Positions 44,276-53,758 of a stretch of DNA of 64,000 nt are shown here, in pieces. The position numbers and the translations under genes are program-made. Within the stretch, counting starts at the first letter, position 1. Every line of letters starts with the position of its first letter. The notes under the pieces are model-generated. The model worked only from the letters and a program-made list of their open reading frames with translations, made no database searches and was not told the DNA's origin. The stretch lies in NCBI GenBank assembly GCA_947490345.1, contig CANLGL010000002.1:64598-128597 (forward strand), given 5' to 3'. The DNA is from Deltaproteobacteria bacterium. GTDB lineage: Bacteria > Myxococcota_A > UBA796 > SXON01.

Positions 44276-44998
44276 TCAGGTCAGCGCCGTGTCCTCCTCC
44301 CTCGGGCTGGCTCCCGAAAGCCAGCTAATTCCCCGTTCGAGGGCGCGGAAAAAGCCGATGCGGTCCAGCGGTCGGTTGAGCCAGCCGGTGGTGATGCAGT
44401 AGTGCCGATCGTAGGGCGCCGCGTGGTGCAACGCGTGGTGCTCGGCCCCCAGGGCCAGATGGGCCGCCTGAAGCCAGCGGACAGCCCGGGGCGGATCCGA
44501 GAGGTGCGCCCACTTGTGGAACTGGTTGGTGGCGAAGACACCGAGGCAGAGCGCGAGCAGGAAGGCCATCAGCAACCGCCCGCCTGGGGACCCAGGATCG
44601 AGCAGCAGCGCCGCCACGAGCACCGGGCAGGTCGCCAAGCAGTTGCTGCCGTTGACCTCGACGAACCCATGGCGAGTGATCGCGGTGCGATCGACGTGGT
44701 GTTCACGAAACGGGCGCACGAACATCGTGCCGAGCACCGGCGTGCGCACCGACAGCCAGGTGTCGAAGAACCAGTGCACGGTGCCCGAGAAGAAATCGGC
44801 GCCGATGTAGCCAGCAAGCAAAGCCCCCCACATCAAGGGCTCGGCAAAGACGCCCTCGACGCTGCCCAGGCGCGCCAAGACCGCGCCGGCGGCGGCGAAG
44901 AAGCCCACGATTCCCAGGGTGTCGAGCGCTCGAGCCCCGGTCGTGTACTGGGCCAACGCATCTCGACTGGGCGGGTCCGACATCGCGAGGGTGAGCAT
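44276..44998 (-). CDS. carF: CarF/TMEM189 (PEDS1)-type membrane fatty-acid desaturase
   Basis: The His boxes HWFFD, REHHVD, HKWAH and EHHALHH sit in a multi-TM protein. The start is taken at MLTLAM (44998). The track start 45022 or the ATG at 44983 are also possible. Confidence 0.8.
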   Translation of the reverse strand: MLTLAMSDPPSRDALAQYTTGARALDTLGIVGFFAAAGAVLARLGSVEGVFAEPLMWGALLAGYIGADFFSGTVHWFFDTWLSVRTPVLGTMFVRPFREHHVDRTAITRHGFVEVNGSNCLATCPVLVAALLLDPGSPGGRLLMAFLLALCLGVFATNQFHKWAHLSDPPRAVRWLQAAHLALGAEHHALHHAAPYDRHYCITTGWLNRPLDRIGFFRALERGISWLSGASPREEDTALT

Positions 44999-45038
44999 AG
45001 CACCTGCGGATCGTCGCCACACGTGCTAGTCGCGCGGC

Positions 45039-47549
45039 ATGGCCGCGTATGCCCGCCTCTCCTTGGTCATGGTCCTTTGCTTGACCGTTTTCGGTGCGCT
45101 TCGCGCCCGCGCCCAGGCCCCGGAGAGTCCGGTCGCGCCCGTGTCGGGGTCGGCGGTGACCGAGGGCCCGCCAGGGGGACTCCGCACGGAGGCGGACGCG
45201 CTGGCGCACGAGGATGCGGAGCTGATCCGCCTTTCGGCGCGCTGGCACCTCGCTCATGGGGACAGCGTGCTCGCGCGTGCGCTCTTCGGTGTCGCGTACG
45301 ACAAGGATGAGCTCGCGCTGTACTTCGGCAAGCAGAAGGAACTGCGCGCCGCCGTCGTCTTGGAGGGGCTCGGGGACTTCGCCGGGGCCGCGGTAGAGTT
45401 CAGGAGCCTCGCGAAGAAGGACCCGCTTCACGCCGCCCTGGCCCTGCGGATCATGAGTCGGTCTCCCGAGCGCGATGCGATGTTCGCCGAAATCGTGGCC
45501 GACGTGCGGAGCCGGGTCGAACGCGCTCGCGCCGGGGAGTCCGTGCCGATCTACGTGACCAGCAAGGGTGAACAGCGCACGATCGAGGTGATCCCAGCGG
45601 ACCGCGTGCTCGCGGCCCTGTCGCGACCAGACACCGATGGAGAGGCCCGATTCCGCTACTGTTACATCGACAAGCTCGATCTCACGGGGGTGGACACCTC
45701 GACCCTCGCGGCGCGCATCGTCTTCGACCGGTGCATCCTCGGAAGCGTGCGCATCCCGAATCGCGACATTGGCACCTTGTCCATGAAGGGTTTTGTGCTC
45801 GGCGACTTCGATGTCGGCAAAACCTGGGAGGGCGAGGTCAACAAGAGCAAAGCCGTGCCGGGGAGTCGGTTCTCGGAGTTGGGGACGCGCGAGACGGTCT
45901 TTTTGGGGCGGGCCAACTTCCAGGACGTCGCCGTTACCGGGCGGGTGGCCCGGTTTCCCTTCACCGTTTTCGAGGGTGCGGCCGATTTCCGCGGTGCCCG
46001 GGTGGCGGGCGATGCCGACTTCCGATTTTCGACCTTTGGCGCGGGCGCCAACTTCAAGCGTACCCGACTCGAGAAGTCCGCGTTCTTCGGTCACACGCGC
46101 TTCCGCACGGCCACGCGCTTTTCGGAGCTTGCGTCGGTGCAGACCGTGTACTTCGACTCCGCCCGCTTCGAGGCGCCGGTGAGTTTTGACGGGTGCGAGT
46201 TCGCTCGGGGAGCGACGTTCGAAAATGCGAGCTTCGATCAGGGAGTGTCCTTTGATGCCTCCCGCGTCGTGGGCCGACTGAACCTCAGTCGGTCGGTGGT
46301 GACCGGCACGTTGGCGATGAAGGAAGTGAGCCTGGGCGGCCTGGACGCCTTGGGGGCTCATCTCAAGGGAGACGCGGACTTCGTGGACGCCGAAGTGCTG
46401 GGGAAGGTGAGGTTCTCGCTCGATGGCGCCGCTCGGGCTCGCAACCGGCTCGATCCCTCGCCGCTCCTTGCGGTGTACCGCGACTACCAGGGCGACGACG
46501 ACGCTGCTGAGCCTCTGGCCACGCGCTCCAGCTACGGCGTCGCCTCCGTCGACGACCTCACGGCGCGGATCGACGGCAATCTCCGCTTCACCAACGCCAA
46601 GATGACTGGTTTTGTGATCTTCGAGGGCGTCACCTTCGGAAAGGCAGGCGCCGACACGCTCGCAGAGTTCTACAACACCCAGTTCGGCGGGGAAACGCAC
46701 TTCGAGCGGACCCGGTGGCACAGTCAGGCCGACTTCACCACCGTGTACGCTCAGGAATTGGCGTTCAACGAAGCGACCTTCGAGCGGACCCTGGTGCTGG
46801 ACGATGCAAACGTCCCTGGACGGGTCACGCTGACCGACGCACGATTTTCGCCGGGCGCCACGCTCTCGTTCTACGGCGCCGAGGTCGGCACGCTGCAGAT
46901 CGACCGGGACCAGGTCGAGGATGTCGCCTCGGGCGAACATCGTCTTTGGTACGCCCGTTGCGCGCGGGCGGCCCTCGCTCCGGTAGGTGACTTGCGCCAC
47001 GCCCGGCAGGCGCCCGGGCGCGAGTTGGACGAGGCAGGGTTCCGCGCCCTCTGCTTCGACCGGGCCATCGACGAGTACACGACGCTGAAGCAGAGCTTCG
47101 GCGACCGCGCGATGACGGCTGACGAAGACTGGGCTTATTGGTGGATCAAACACAGCCAGACCCACGACGCCCTGGTGCGCGGGGGCGTGCTGGGTACACC
47201 CCTTTGGCTCTTGCGAACCGTGGTTTTCGAGCTTGCGTTCGGATGGGGGGTGCGCCTCGGCAATCTCGCGGTCACGGCCGCGCTTCTCTGCGCGTTCTTC
47301 GCCTTGTTGTACCGTCGTTACTGCCCGGACACGGTGATGAGCTATGGTGGTGCGGACGTGCGCATCCGCGACATCCCCTGGCTGGGGCTCTTCTACATCT
47401 CGATCCAGACCCTCGGCGGCTTCAACACCGGGTGGGACTTTGGCGAGTCCGACAGCCGCTTTCGCTACCTGAACACTGCGCAAACCTTCGTCGGGTTGAT
47501 CATCCTCACCTTCTTCGTCGGCGCGTATACTCGGATGATCCTGGCCTAG
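45039..47549 (+). CDS. secreted pentapeptide-repeat protein with C-terminal 2-TM pore-loop (ion-channel-like) module
   Basis: 836 aa with a signal peptide ending LRARAQA. There are several hundred residues of pentapeptide-type repeats (ANFQDVAVTG..ADFRGARVAGDADFRFSTFGAGANFKRTRLEKSAFFGHTRF..). The C-terminus has two TM helices flanking ISIQTLGGFNTGWDFGE. Confidence 0.85.
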   Translation: MAAYARLSLVMVLCLTVFGALRARAQAPESPVAPVSGSAVTEGPPGGLRTEADALAHEDAELIRLSARWHLAHGDSVLARALFGVAYDKDELALYFGKQKELRAAVVLEGLGDFAGAAVEFRSLAKKDPLHAALALRIMSRSPERDAMFAEIVADVRSRVERARAGESVPIYVTSKGEQRTIEVIPADRVLAALSRPDTDGEARFRYCYIDKLDLTGVDTSTLAARIVFDRCILGSVRIPNRDIGTLSMKGFVLGDFDVGKTWEGEVNKSKAVPGSRFSELGTRETVFLGRANFQDVAVTGRVARFPFTVFEGAADFRGARVAGDADFRFSTFGAGANFKRTRLEKSAFFGHTRFRTATRFSELASVQTVYFDSARFEAPVSFDGCEFARGATFENASFDQGVSFDASRVVGRLNLSRSVVTGTLAMKEVSLGGLDALGAHLKGDADFVDAEVLGKVRFSLDGAARARNRLDPSPLLAVYRDYQGDDDAAEPLATRSSYGVASVDDLTARIDGNLRFTNAKMTGFVIFEGVTFGKAGADTLAEFYNTQFGGETHFERTRWHSQADFTTVYAQELAFNEATFERTLVLDDANVPGRVTLTDARFSPGATLSFYGAEVGTLQIDRDQVEDVASGEHRLWYARCARAALAPVGDLRHARQAPGRELDEAGFRALCFDRAIDEYTTLKQSFGDRAMTADEDWAYWWIKHSQTHDALVRGGVLGTPLWLLRTVVFELAFGWGVRLGNLAVTAALLCAFFALLYRRYCPDTVMSYGGADVRIRDIPWLGLFYISIQTLGGFNTGWDFGESDSRFRYLNTAQTFVGLIILTFFVGAYTRMILA

Positions 47550-48467
47550 TCAGCGGCGAGTGAGCTTTACATACGGATGTCGCGACACCACATCGCCCAC
47601 CTCCGCCAGCGCGGCCTCGACGTCTGGGCGGTCGAACCAGGTGCTCCCGACGCTGCCGTCCACCCACCGTTCCGTGCCGTCGTACTCCCAGTTCAGGAAC
47701 ATGCCACAGGTCGGCACCCCGGCCATGACCTTGCCGTAGGTGCGAATTTCCTCCGCTGACATCGCCCAGCGCCCCTTGGCCCAGCCCGGCTGGCGGCTGG
47801 AGCCGTCGCCACCGTTGGCGATGTTGAGCCCATTGATCACGCCCAGATCGAGCCGCGCGGCGGCGTTGGCCTCAACCATCGCGAAGGTTGCCACGTCCCC
47901 GTCCAGGGCTTTGTACTGGTTGACGATGGCGTCCACGTGTTCGTATTTGCCGCTGTCGGGCACCGGCATCGCGGTCGCGCGCTCGCGCACAAAGGCCATC
48001 ACCTCCGGAAATAGCTCATGGCTGTACCGGGCCATCTCGTCGAGCTCGGCTGCGGTCGGGTCGCGGCCAGTGTAGTTCTTGATGTCGTCGAGCAGCATGT
48101 GTCCGACCACGGTGCCGTCGCTGATATAGGCTTCGATCCCGGTGTTGTGCCACTTTTCGAGGTGGAACTTCCAGGCCGGTAGGCTGAAGTCCCCGTTGGG
48201 GAGCGTGTAGTTCTTGGGGCCGCCGGTGAGGCGCAGGCTGACCTTGACCCCGGCGGCCTTCATCGCCGGAAAGATGTCCAACAGGGCGGAGCGGGGGTCG
48301 GTGGTGGCCATTTGGACCAGGCCCATGCGGATGCGGGTACGCAGGGAGGTCAAGTCGCGGACGTTCCAGAAGCCGTCGAGGCCCCAGAATCCGTAGAGCG
48401 GCGCCGGTGCTGGCGCCGGGCCGATGGGTGCAGCCGCGGCCAGTGCGAAAAGAAGAAGGGTGGTCAT
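47550..48467 (-). CDS. hypothetical secreted protein (possible glycoside-hydrolase-like fold, unverified)
   Basis: 305 aa with the signal peptide MTTLLLFALAAAAP. I recognise no motif. It is co-oriented with galE and overlaps it by 4 nt. Confidence 0.72.
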   Translation of the reverse strand: MTTLLLFALAAAAPIGPAPAPAPLYGFWGLDGFWNVRDLTSLRTRIRMGLVQMATTDPRSALLDIFPAMKAAGVKVSLRLTGGPKNYTLPNGDFSLPAWKFHLEKWHNTGIEAYISDGTVVGHMLLDDIKNYTGRDPTAAELDEMARYSHELFPEVMAFVRERATAMPVPDSGKYEHVDAIVNQYKALDGDVATFAMVEANAAARLDLGVINGLNIANGGDGSSRQPGWAKGRWAMSAEEIRTYGKVMAGVPTCGMFLNWEYDGTERWVDGSVGSTWFDRPDVEAALAEVGDVVSRHPYVKLTRR

Positions 48468-49465
48468 GTCGCGTACCCCGCGGGATTGTGAGCCGCCCAG
48501 GTCCAGGCCGAGGCGAGCATGTCATCGAGGGTGCCAGTGGCGATGAAGCCGGTGGCAGCATGAAAGCGGGAGGCGTCTGCCGTGGAGCGAGCCATATCGC
48601 CGTCGCGACGAGGACCGTCGGTGGTGGGGACCTCCCGGCCGGTGACCCGCCGGCACGACGCCAGGACCTCTCGGACGCTATGCGGCCGGCCGCTCCCCAC
48701 GTTGAAGATGCCGTGCTGCCCCGGTAGGAGCACCTGCAGCGCCAGCAGGTGGGCGCGGTTGAGGTCGGCGATGTGGATGTAGTCGCGCAGGCAGGTGCCG
48801 TCCGGCGTTGGCCAATCGGTGCCATAGACCGTGAGCGGTTGGTCGGCGTGCTGAAGCGCGTTGAGCACGCGCGGCGCGAGGGCGGCGGCGTCGCGCTGGG
48901 GTTGTCCGATCCGACCTGAGTGATGGGTACCGACCGGGTTGAAGTACCGGAGCGATGTGGCGGCCCAGCCCCGGCGTGCGCACATCCACGACAACATCGT
49001 CTCGCCCTGTGCCTTGCTGACGCCGTACGGGCTCTCCGGGTTGAGCTGCGCATCCTCCGAGATCGGGGCGTCGGGCTGCGGCCCATACACCGCCGCGCTC
49101 GACGAGTAGACCAGGCGCGTGACGCCCGCCCGCACCATGGCCTCCAAAAGCGCGGCGGTGCCCGCTACGTTGTTGCGAAAATAGCGCTCCGGCGCGACCA
49201 TCGACTCGGTGACCAGCTTGAACGCCGCGAGGTGAAAGACGGCATCCACGCCGTCGAGCGCGGAGGCCACGGTCGCGACATCGGCGATATCGGCGTGGAC
49301 AAACCGACATCCCCGCCCAGCCAGCTCGGCTACCCGCGTCAGCGCGAGGTGGTGCCCGGTGCTCAGGTCGTCCACCACCACCACATCGTGACCCGCAAGG
49401 AGCAGGTCAAGGACCAGGTGCGAGCCGATGTACCCGGCACCGCCGGTGACCAGGAGCTGGGCCAT
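48464..49465 (-). CDS. galE: UDP-glucose 4-epimerase
   Basis: LVTGGAGYIGSH, plus SSSAAVYG and SPYGVSKAQGE (YxxxK). Confidence 0.92.
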   Translation of the reverse strand: MAQLLVTGGAGYIGSHLVLDLLLAGHDVVVVDDLSTGHHLALTRVAELAGRGCRFVHADIADVATVASALDGVDAVFHLAAFKLVTESMVAPERYFRNNVAGTAALLEAMVRAGVTRLVYSSSAAVYGPQPDAPISEDAQLNPESPYGVSKAQGETMLSWMCARRGWAATSLRYFNPVGTHHSGRIGQPQRDAAALAPRVLNALQHADQPLTVYGTDWPTPDGTCLRDYIHIADLNRAHLLALQVLLPGQHGIFNVGSGRPHSVREVLASCRRVTGREVPTTDGPRRDGDMARSTADASRFHAATGFIATGTLDDMLASAWTWAAHNPAGYAT

Positions 49466-50295
49466 CAGATCGCGGACTCAGGCACGTACAGTTTGTCCCC
49501 GGCCTCCAAGAGAACGTCCGCCGCCTGACCGCTGAACACCCGGCGCAGGTTCACGCGGATCCGTTTGTCTCCGCGGAGGACGTAGACCTGGCCGAGCGCG
49601 GCGGTGGCCAGGGCGCCACCGGTGTTCGCGATACACTGGGTGACTGTGAGCCCGTTTCGATAGGCGACCTCGCCCGGCTTCGCCACCGATCCGATGACGG
49701 TGACCAGGCTCTGGGGGACGAAGACGATGTCGCCGCCGCGGACGCTCAGCTCGTCGGCGCTTCGACTCAACAGCTCGTTGTAGGGCAATACGACCGGCGC
49801 CTGCTCTTCGCCCTGGTGCGTGATCCGCACCTCGTTGACGCCAGACTGGGCCACGCCGCCGGCTTCGGAGAGAATCGCCATGACGGTCGTCGGGCCGTGC
49901 AGGTAGTAGAGCCCCGGCTTGGCGACCGCGCCGAGCACCTGCACCGGCTGACTCCGAAAGCCCGAAACGGAAACGGTCACGCTCGGATTCACAAGGTATC
50001 CAGCCATCAACTGCGTGCGAAGCATGATCATCACCTCGGGCGGTGCCAACCCTCCCACCAGCACCCGGCCCAAAAGCGGAAAGTCGAGCCCGCCGCTGGC
50101 ATCGACCGGGAACTGGCCGCTGAGGCTGGGCTCGCCGTACACCTGCACGCTTACGGTGTCTCCGGCGCCGATCTTGTAGTCGCCGCCAACCTCAACCGGC
50201 GGGCCGGGGGGTTCCGCGCGGGCAGGGAGGGTGAGGACCAAGCAGAGCAGGCAGAGGAGGAGGGCTCGCAGCATCGTTGCACCAAACGTTATCAT
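49465..50295 (-). CDS. polysaccharide export protein (Wza/Poly_export plus SLBB type)
   Basis: Signal peptide, then YKIGAGDTVSVQVYGEPSLSGQFPVDASG and VQVLGAVAKPGLYYL. A second SLBB-like segment reads VTVIGSVAKPGEVAY. Confidence 0.88.
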   Translation of the reverse strand: MITFGATMLRALLLCLLCLVLTLPARAEPPGPPVEVGGDYKIGAGDTVSVQVYGEPSLSGQFPVDASGGLDFPLLGRVLVGGLAPPEVMIMLRTQLMAGYLVNPSVTVSVSGFRSQPVQVLGAVAKPGLYYLHGPTTVMAILSEAGGVAQSGVNEVRITHQGEEQAPVVLPYNELLSRSADELSVRGGDIVFVPQSLVTVIGSVAKPGEVAYRNGLTVTQCIANTGGALATAALGQVYVLRGDKRIRVNLRRVFSGQAADVLLEAGDKLYVPESAI

Positions 50296-50952
50296 GAGGT
50301 CGCTTGTTCCTTCCGCCGGCTCCGGTACAGCGCTTCGTAGGCGCGGGCCATTGCCTCGGAGCTGAAGCGCTCGTTGGCTATCAACGTGGCCGCGCGGCCG
50401 AGCCTTCGCGCGCGGACGAGATCGCCCGCCATCGCCGTCATCGCCATCGCGAGTCCATCGCGGTCGCCCGGCTCTGTCAATTTGCCAGTATCGGGTGAAA
50501 CGAGCTCAGGGACACACCCGACCCTCGTCGCGACAACTGGGAGACCGGCGGCCATGGCCTCCATGACAACCAACGGATTGCCCTCCCACGACGACGGCAT
50601 GACCAAGGCGTCTGCGGCGCCGAAGAGTCGCGGAACGTCGGCGCGCACGCCCAGGAAGTGGACCGTCGTGGCGATGCCCAGGGCGGCTGAGCGGGCTTCC
50701 AACTCCGGTCGGAGGTCGCCCTCGCCGGCGATGAGCAGGTGCGCACCGGGGATCGCGGCGGCTGCGAAGGCGTCGAGCAGCAGTCGGTGATTCTTCTGGG
50801 GGTTGAGGCGGCCCACGGCCAAGAATACGGGCGCTCTTTCGCTGATGCCCCTCAGCAGAACCTCTCCTGGCTCCGCGCGCCACTGAACCGCCCGGAGTCG
50901 CTTCCTTCCCGCGTGACCGCCTACGACCTGCCCGGCAATCGCGAGTTGGCGT
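50292..50952 (-). pseudogene. GT4 glycosyltransferase fragment: C-terminal Rossmann half only
   Basis: The frame is open from 50952, just below an in-frame TGA at 50953-50955. It contains ..EVLLRGISERAPVFLAVGRLNPQKN..LLIAGEGDLR..VMPSSWEGNPLVVMEAMAAGLPVVAT. The only start candidate is TTG 50822. The roughly 170-aa N-terminal GT-B domain is absent. The stop overlaps the wza-like start. Confidence 0.6.
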
Positions 50953-51017
50953 CATGGAACCTCGAAGAGGCTGGCATGAACGCAGTGTTCAGCATTCTGC
51001 CGGTCGCCTGAGCTCGG

Positions 51018-53648
51018 CTACCAGGAACCTGCAGGCCCGCCATACGCGCCCATGTCGTTGTCCGTTCCATCGACGTCGCTGTAGGCCGACGCCGGATTCC
51101 CGGCGTCCAGGCCGCCCGACGTTGCATCCAGCATCCAGTCGTCGTTGCGGGCGTTGCCATCGCACACCGAGCGGACGAAGTTGCCGCCCATGCTGATGCT
51201 GCCGGAGCCGGCCGAGAACGACCCGCCGTAGGTGCTGCCGGAGTAGTTGTCGTTGTAGATGTTGTTGTACTGCAAGGTGGCTGAGCCGGCGCCGTACACC
51301 ATCGATGTCGCGATGTCGTTCTCCACAATCGAGTTGATCAATTGGAAGCCCGTCGCCGAAGCCAGCCACAGGTCGGCGCCGCGGGCGCTCCCGGTGATCG
51401 CCGACTCGTTCCCGTAGACGGCGATGTTCTCCCCGTCGATATTGGCGCTGGACTCGGTGAACAAGCCGCCGCCGTCGGTGGTCGCCGCGTTGCAGGCGAG
51501 GACAGAATTCGTCATGTTGATCGCCGCTTCGGTCACGAAAAGGCCGCCGCCGTCACTGGCGTCGTTCTCAGCGATCTGGGTGTGGGTGGCGGTCAGGATC
51601 GCGCTCCCCGAGACGTAGATTCCGCCGCCAGCGTCCGCGTAGTTGTTGATGACCCACACCGTGTCGAGGCTGACGTTCCCGTCCAGCACGCAGATGCCAC
51701 CGCCGTAGCTGCTCAGCCACACCTGGCTGTAGTCGCCGGTGGAGGCCTGATCCGCGATCGGCAGCTCGTTGTTGTAGACGATGACGTCCTCGAGGATCGG
51801 GTCGTCGCCGTCAATGGCGATGCCCCCCCCACAGTAGGTGTACGTGGTGACCGAACACGTGTTTGAGCCGCCGTGCGACGACGACGAGTCCGCGCAGGTC
51901 TCGGTGGTCACCGCGGACGAGACCGAGCCCGTTCCGCCCTCGATGGTGAAGCCGTGCAGCGTCGGCGCCGCCCCCGACCCCGACGAAATCTCAACGGCGG
52001 CCGCGCACGCCGTCGGGTTGGCCGTCGAACACACGCTGAGGGACGGGTCGATCGTCGTGTACTCGGCGCCCATCACCCCCCACACGTCGATGCTCTTCCC
52101 GCTCAGGTCGATGGACTCCGAGTAGGTCCCCTCGAGCGCGACGACGCACTCGCTCGCGTCGTCGATGGCGTCCTGGAGCGAGCTGTAGGGGGCGGCGAGG
52201 GTCCCGCTACCCGCGCTCGAGCCGTAGATCGCGTCGGCGACCACGGGCTCGGAGACGTTGGCGTCGTTGCAGTCGTACGCATTTTCCACGTACCCCGCGG
52301 GCAGGGCGCACTCGCTGACCCAGTCGAGGGGGTCGCCGAAGCCGTCCGTATCGTCGTCCGCATAGAATGTGGTGCCGTCAGTGGGCGCGTCGTCGACCAC
52401 GCCGTTGCAGTCGTTGTCGGCTCCGTCACAGACCTCGATGCCTCCGGGGAAGCTGGTGGCGTCGAGGTCGTCGCAATCGGTGCTGTCGGCGACGTAGCCC
52501 GTCGGCTGGTAGCACTCGACGTCGAGCGTCGCGACGTCGCCGAAGGTGTCCGCGTCGGCGTCCGCGTACCAAGCCAGGGCGTCGGCCGCGGTGTCCTCGT
52601 CCACGGCGGCGTCGCAGTTGTCGTCGAAGCCGTTGCAGAACTCAGTCGCGCCAGGATTGGATTCGAAGCGCGCGTCATCACAGTCGGTCGCGTCGAGCAC
52701 GTAGCCGGCGGGCTGGTAGCATTGGACCACGCTGGTCGAGGCGCTGCCGTAGGTGTCGGCGTCGGCATCGACGTACCAGGTCAGCGCGTCGGCTGCGGAC
52801 GCTTCGTCGACGTCGCCGTCGCAGTCGTCGTCGACCGCGTTGCAGAGCTCGGTAGCCGCCGGGTTGACGGCCGGGTCCGTGTCGTCGCAGTCCAGCGCGT
52901 TCTCGGAGTACCCGGTGGGCAGCGAGCACGCGTCCTCAGGGACGAGGATGTCGCCATAGCCATCTCCGTCAACATCGGCGTAGTAGAGGGTGGTGACGCC
53001 CTCGTCCACGCGGCCATCGCAGTCGTTGTCGATCGTGTCGCAGACCTCAGCGTTGCCCGGGTACGCCCGGGACGTGCTGTCGTCGCAATCGGTGTTGTCG
53101 GTCACATGGCCGACCGGAGCTTCGCACGCCGCGACGAGGCTGGCAGCATCGCCGTAGTTGTCCGCGTCGGAATCGGCGTAGAAGTTTGTGGTGACGCCTT
53201 CGTCGATGCTGTCGTCGCAATTGTTGTCGATCTTGTCGCAGACCTCCTCGTTCCCGGGGAACGAGAGGGGCTGCGCGTCGTCACAGTCCCCGTCGGTCGC
53301 GACGTACCCATCGGGCTGTTCGCACGCGATCTGTGTGGCCGCGGTGTTGCCGTACCCGTCCTGGTCGAAATCCTGGTACCAGGCCGAGCCGACACCTTCG
53401 TCCACCGCACCGTCGCAGTTGTCATCCCGGCCGTTGCACGTCTCGACCTCGCCCGGGTTGACGCTGGAGTCGCTGTCGTCGCAGTCGTTCTCAGACGGCT
53501 TGTAGCCGTCCCCGTCTTCATCACAAGCCGTGGGCGAAATGTCGCACGCCGTGCCGGCGTCCAACCCACCGGCCGTGTCGTTGGATTTGCCACCGGGTTC
53601 GCACCCAGCGACAAGGAGCGCGGCTCCGAAGAGGGCAAGTGTACGCAT
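51018..53648 (-). CDS. lipoprotein: 6 MopE-type Cys-rich metal-binding-motif modules plus right-handed beta-helix domain
   Basis: ATG 53648 gives the lipobox MRTLALFGAALLVAGC. The modules have the form DCDD....NPGA.E.CN..D.NCDG.VDE....WY.D.D.D.YG. The C-terminal half has beta-helix-type repeats (GGGIAIDG.., GGGICVLDGN.., AGGGIYVSG.., DGGGLFVTE.., DGGGLFTES..) and ends MGAYGGPAGSW. Confidence 0.88.
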   Translation of the reverse strand: MRTLALFGAALLVAGCEPGGKSNDTAGGLDAGTACDISPTACDEDGDGYKPSENDCDDSDSSVNPGEVETCNGRDDNCDGAVDEGVGSAWYQDFDQDGYGNTAATQIACEQPDGYVATDGDCDDAQPLSFPGNEEVCDKIDNNCDDSIDEGVTTNFYADSDADNYGDAASLVAACEAPVGHVTDNTDCDDSTSRAYPGNAEVCDTIDNDCDGRVDEGVTTLYYADVDGDGYGDILVPEDACSLPTGYSENALDCDDTDPAVNPAATELCNAVDDDCDGDVDEASAADALTWYVDADADTYGSASTSVVQCYQPAGYVLDATDCDDARFESNPGATEFCNGFDDNCDAAVDEDTAADALAWYADADADTFGDVATLDVECYQPTGYVADSTDCDDLDATSFPGGIEVCDGADNDCNGVVDDAPTDGTTFYADDDTDGFGDPLDWVSECALPAGYVENAYDCNDANVSEPVVADAIYGSSAGSGTLAAPYSSLQDAIDDASECVVALEGTYSESIDLSGKSIDVWGVMGAEYTTIDPSLSVCSTANPTACAAAVEISSGSGAAPTLHGFTIEGGTGSVSSAVTTETCADSSSSHGGSNTCSVTTYTYCGGGIAIDGDDPILEDVIVYNNELPIADQASTGDYSQVWLSSYGGGICVLDGNVSLDTVWVINNYADAGGGIYVSGSAILTATHTQIAENDASDGGGLFVTEAAINMTNSVLACNAATTDGGGLFTESSANIDGENIAVYGNESAITGSARGADLWLASATGFQLINSIVENDIATSMVYGAGSATLQYNNIYNDNYSGSTYGGSFSAGSGSISMGGNFVRSVCDGNARNDDWMLDATSGGLDAGNPASAYSDVDGTDNDMGAYGGPAGSW

Positions 53649-53700
53649 CGGGGACGTCTCCGCAGTCAAAGCAATAGCACAGGATCGCCGAAGGGCCCAC

Positions 53701-53735
53701 CGGCAAAAACGACAGGGCCCGCCGAAGCGGGCCCC
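53701..53735 (-). terminator. Rho-independent terminator after the 1080-aa lipoprotein gene
   Basis: On the minus strand: GGGCCCGC-TTCG-GCGGGCCC, a perfect 8-bp GC stem, followed by TGTCGTTTTTG. It lies 24 nt downstream of the stop at 53759. Confidence 0.55.
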
Positions 53736-53758
53736 GAACCTTCAGCGCGGTAGCGCGC

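Noticed and set aside
44703-47483. A 926-aa minus-strand ORF.
   Set aside because: It is antisense to the pentapeptide-repeat/channel gene and partly overlaps carF. Its composition is Arg/Gly/His-rich junk.
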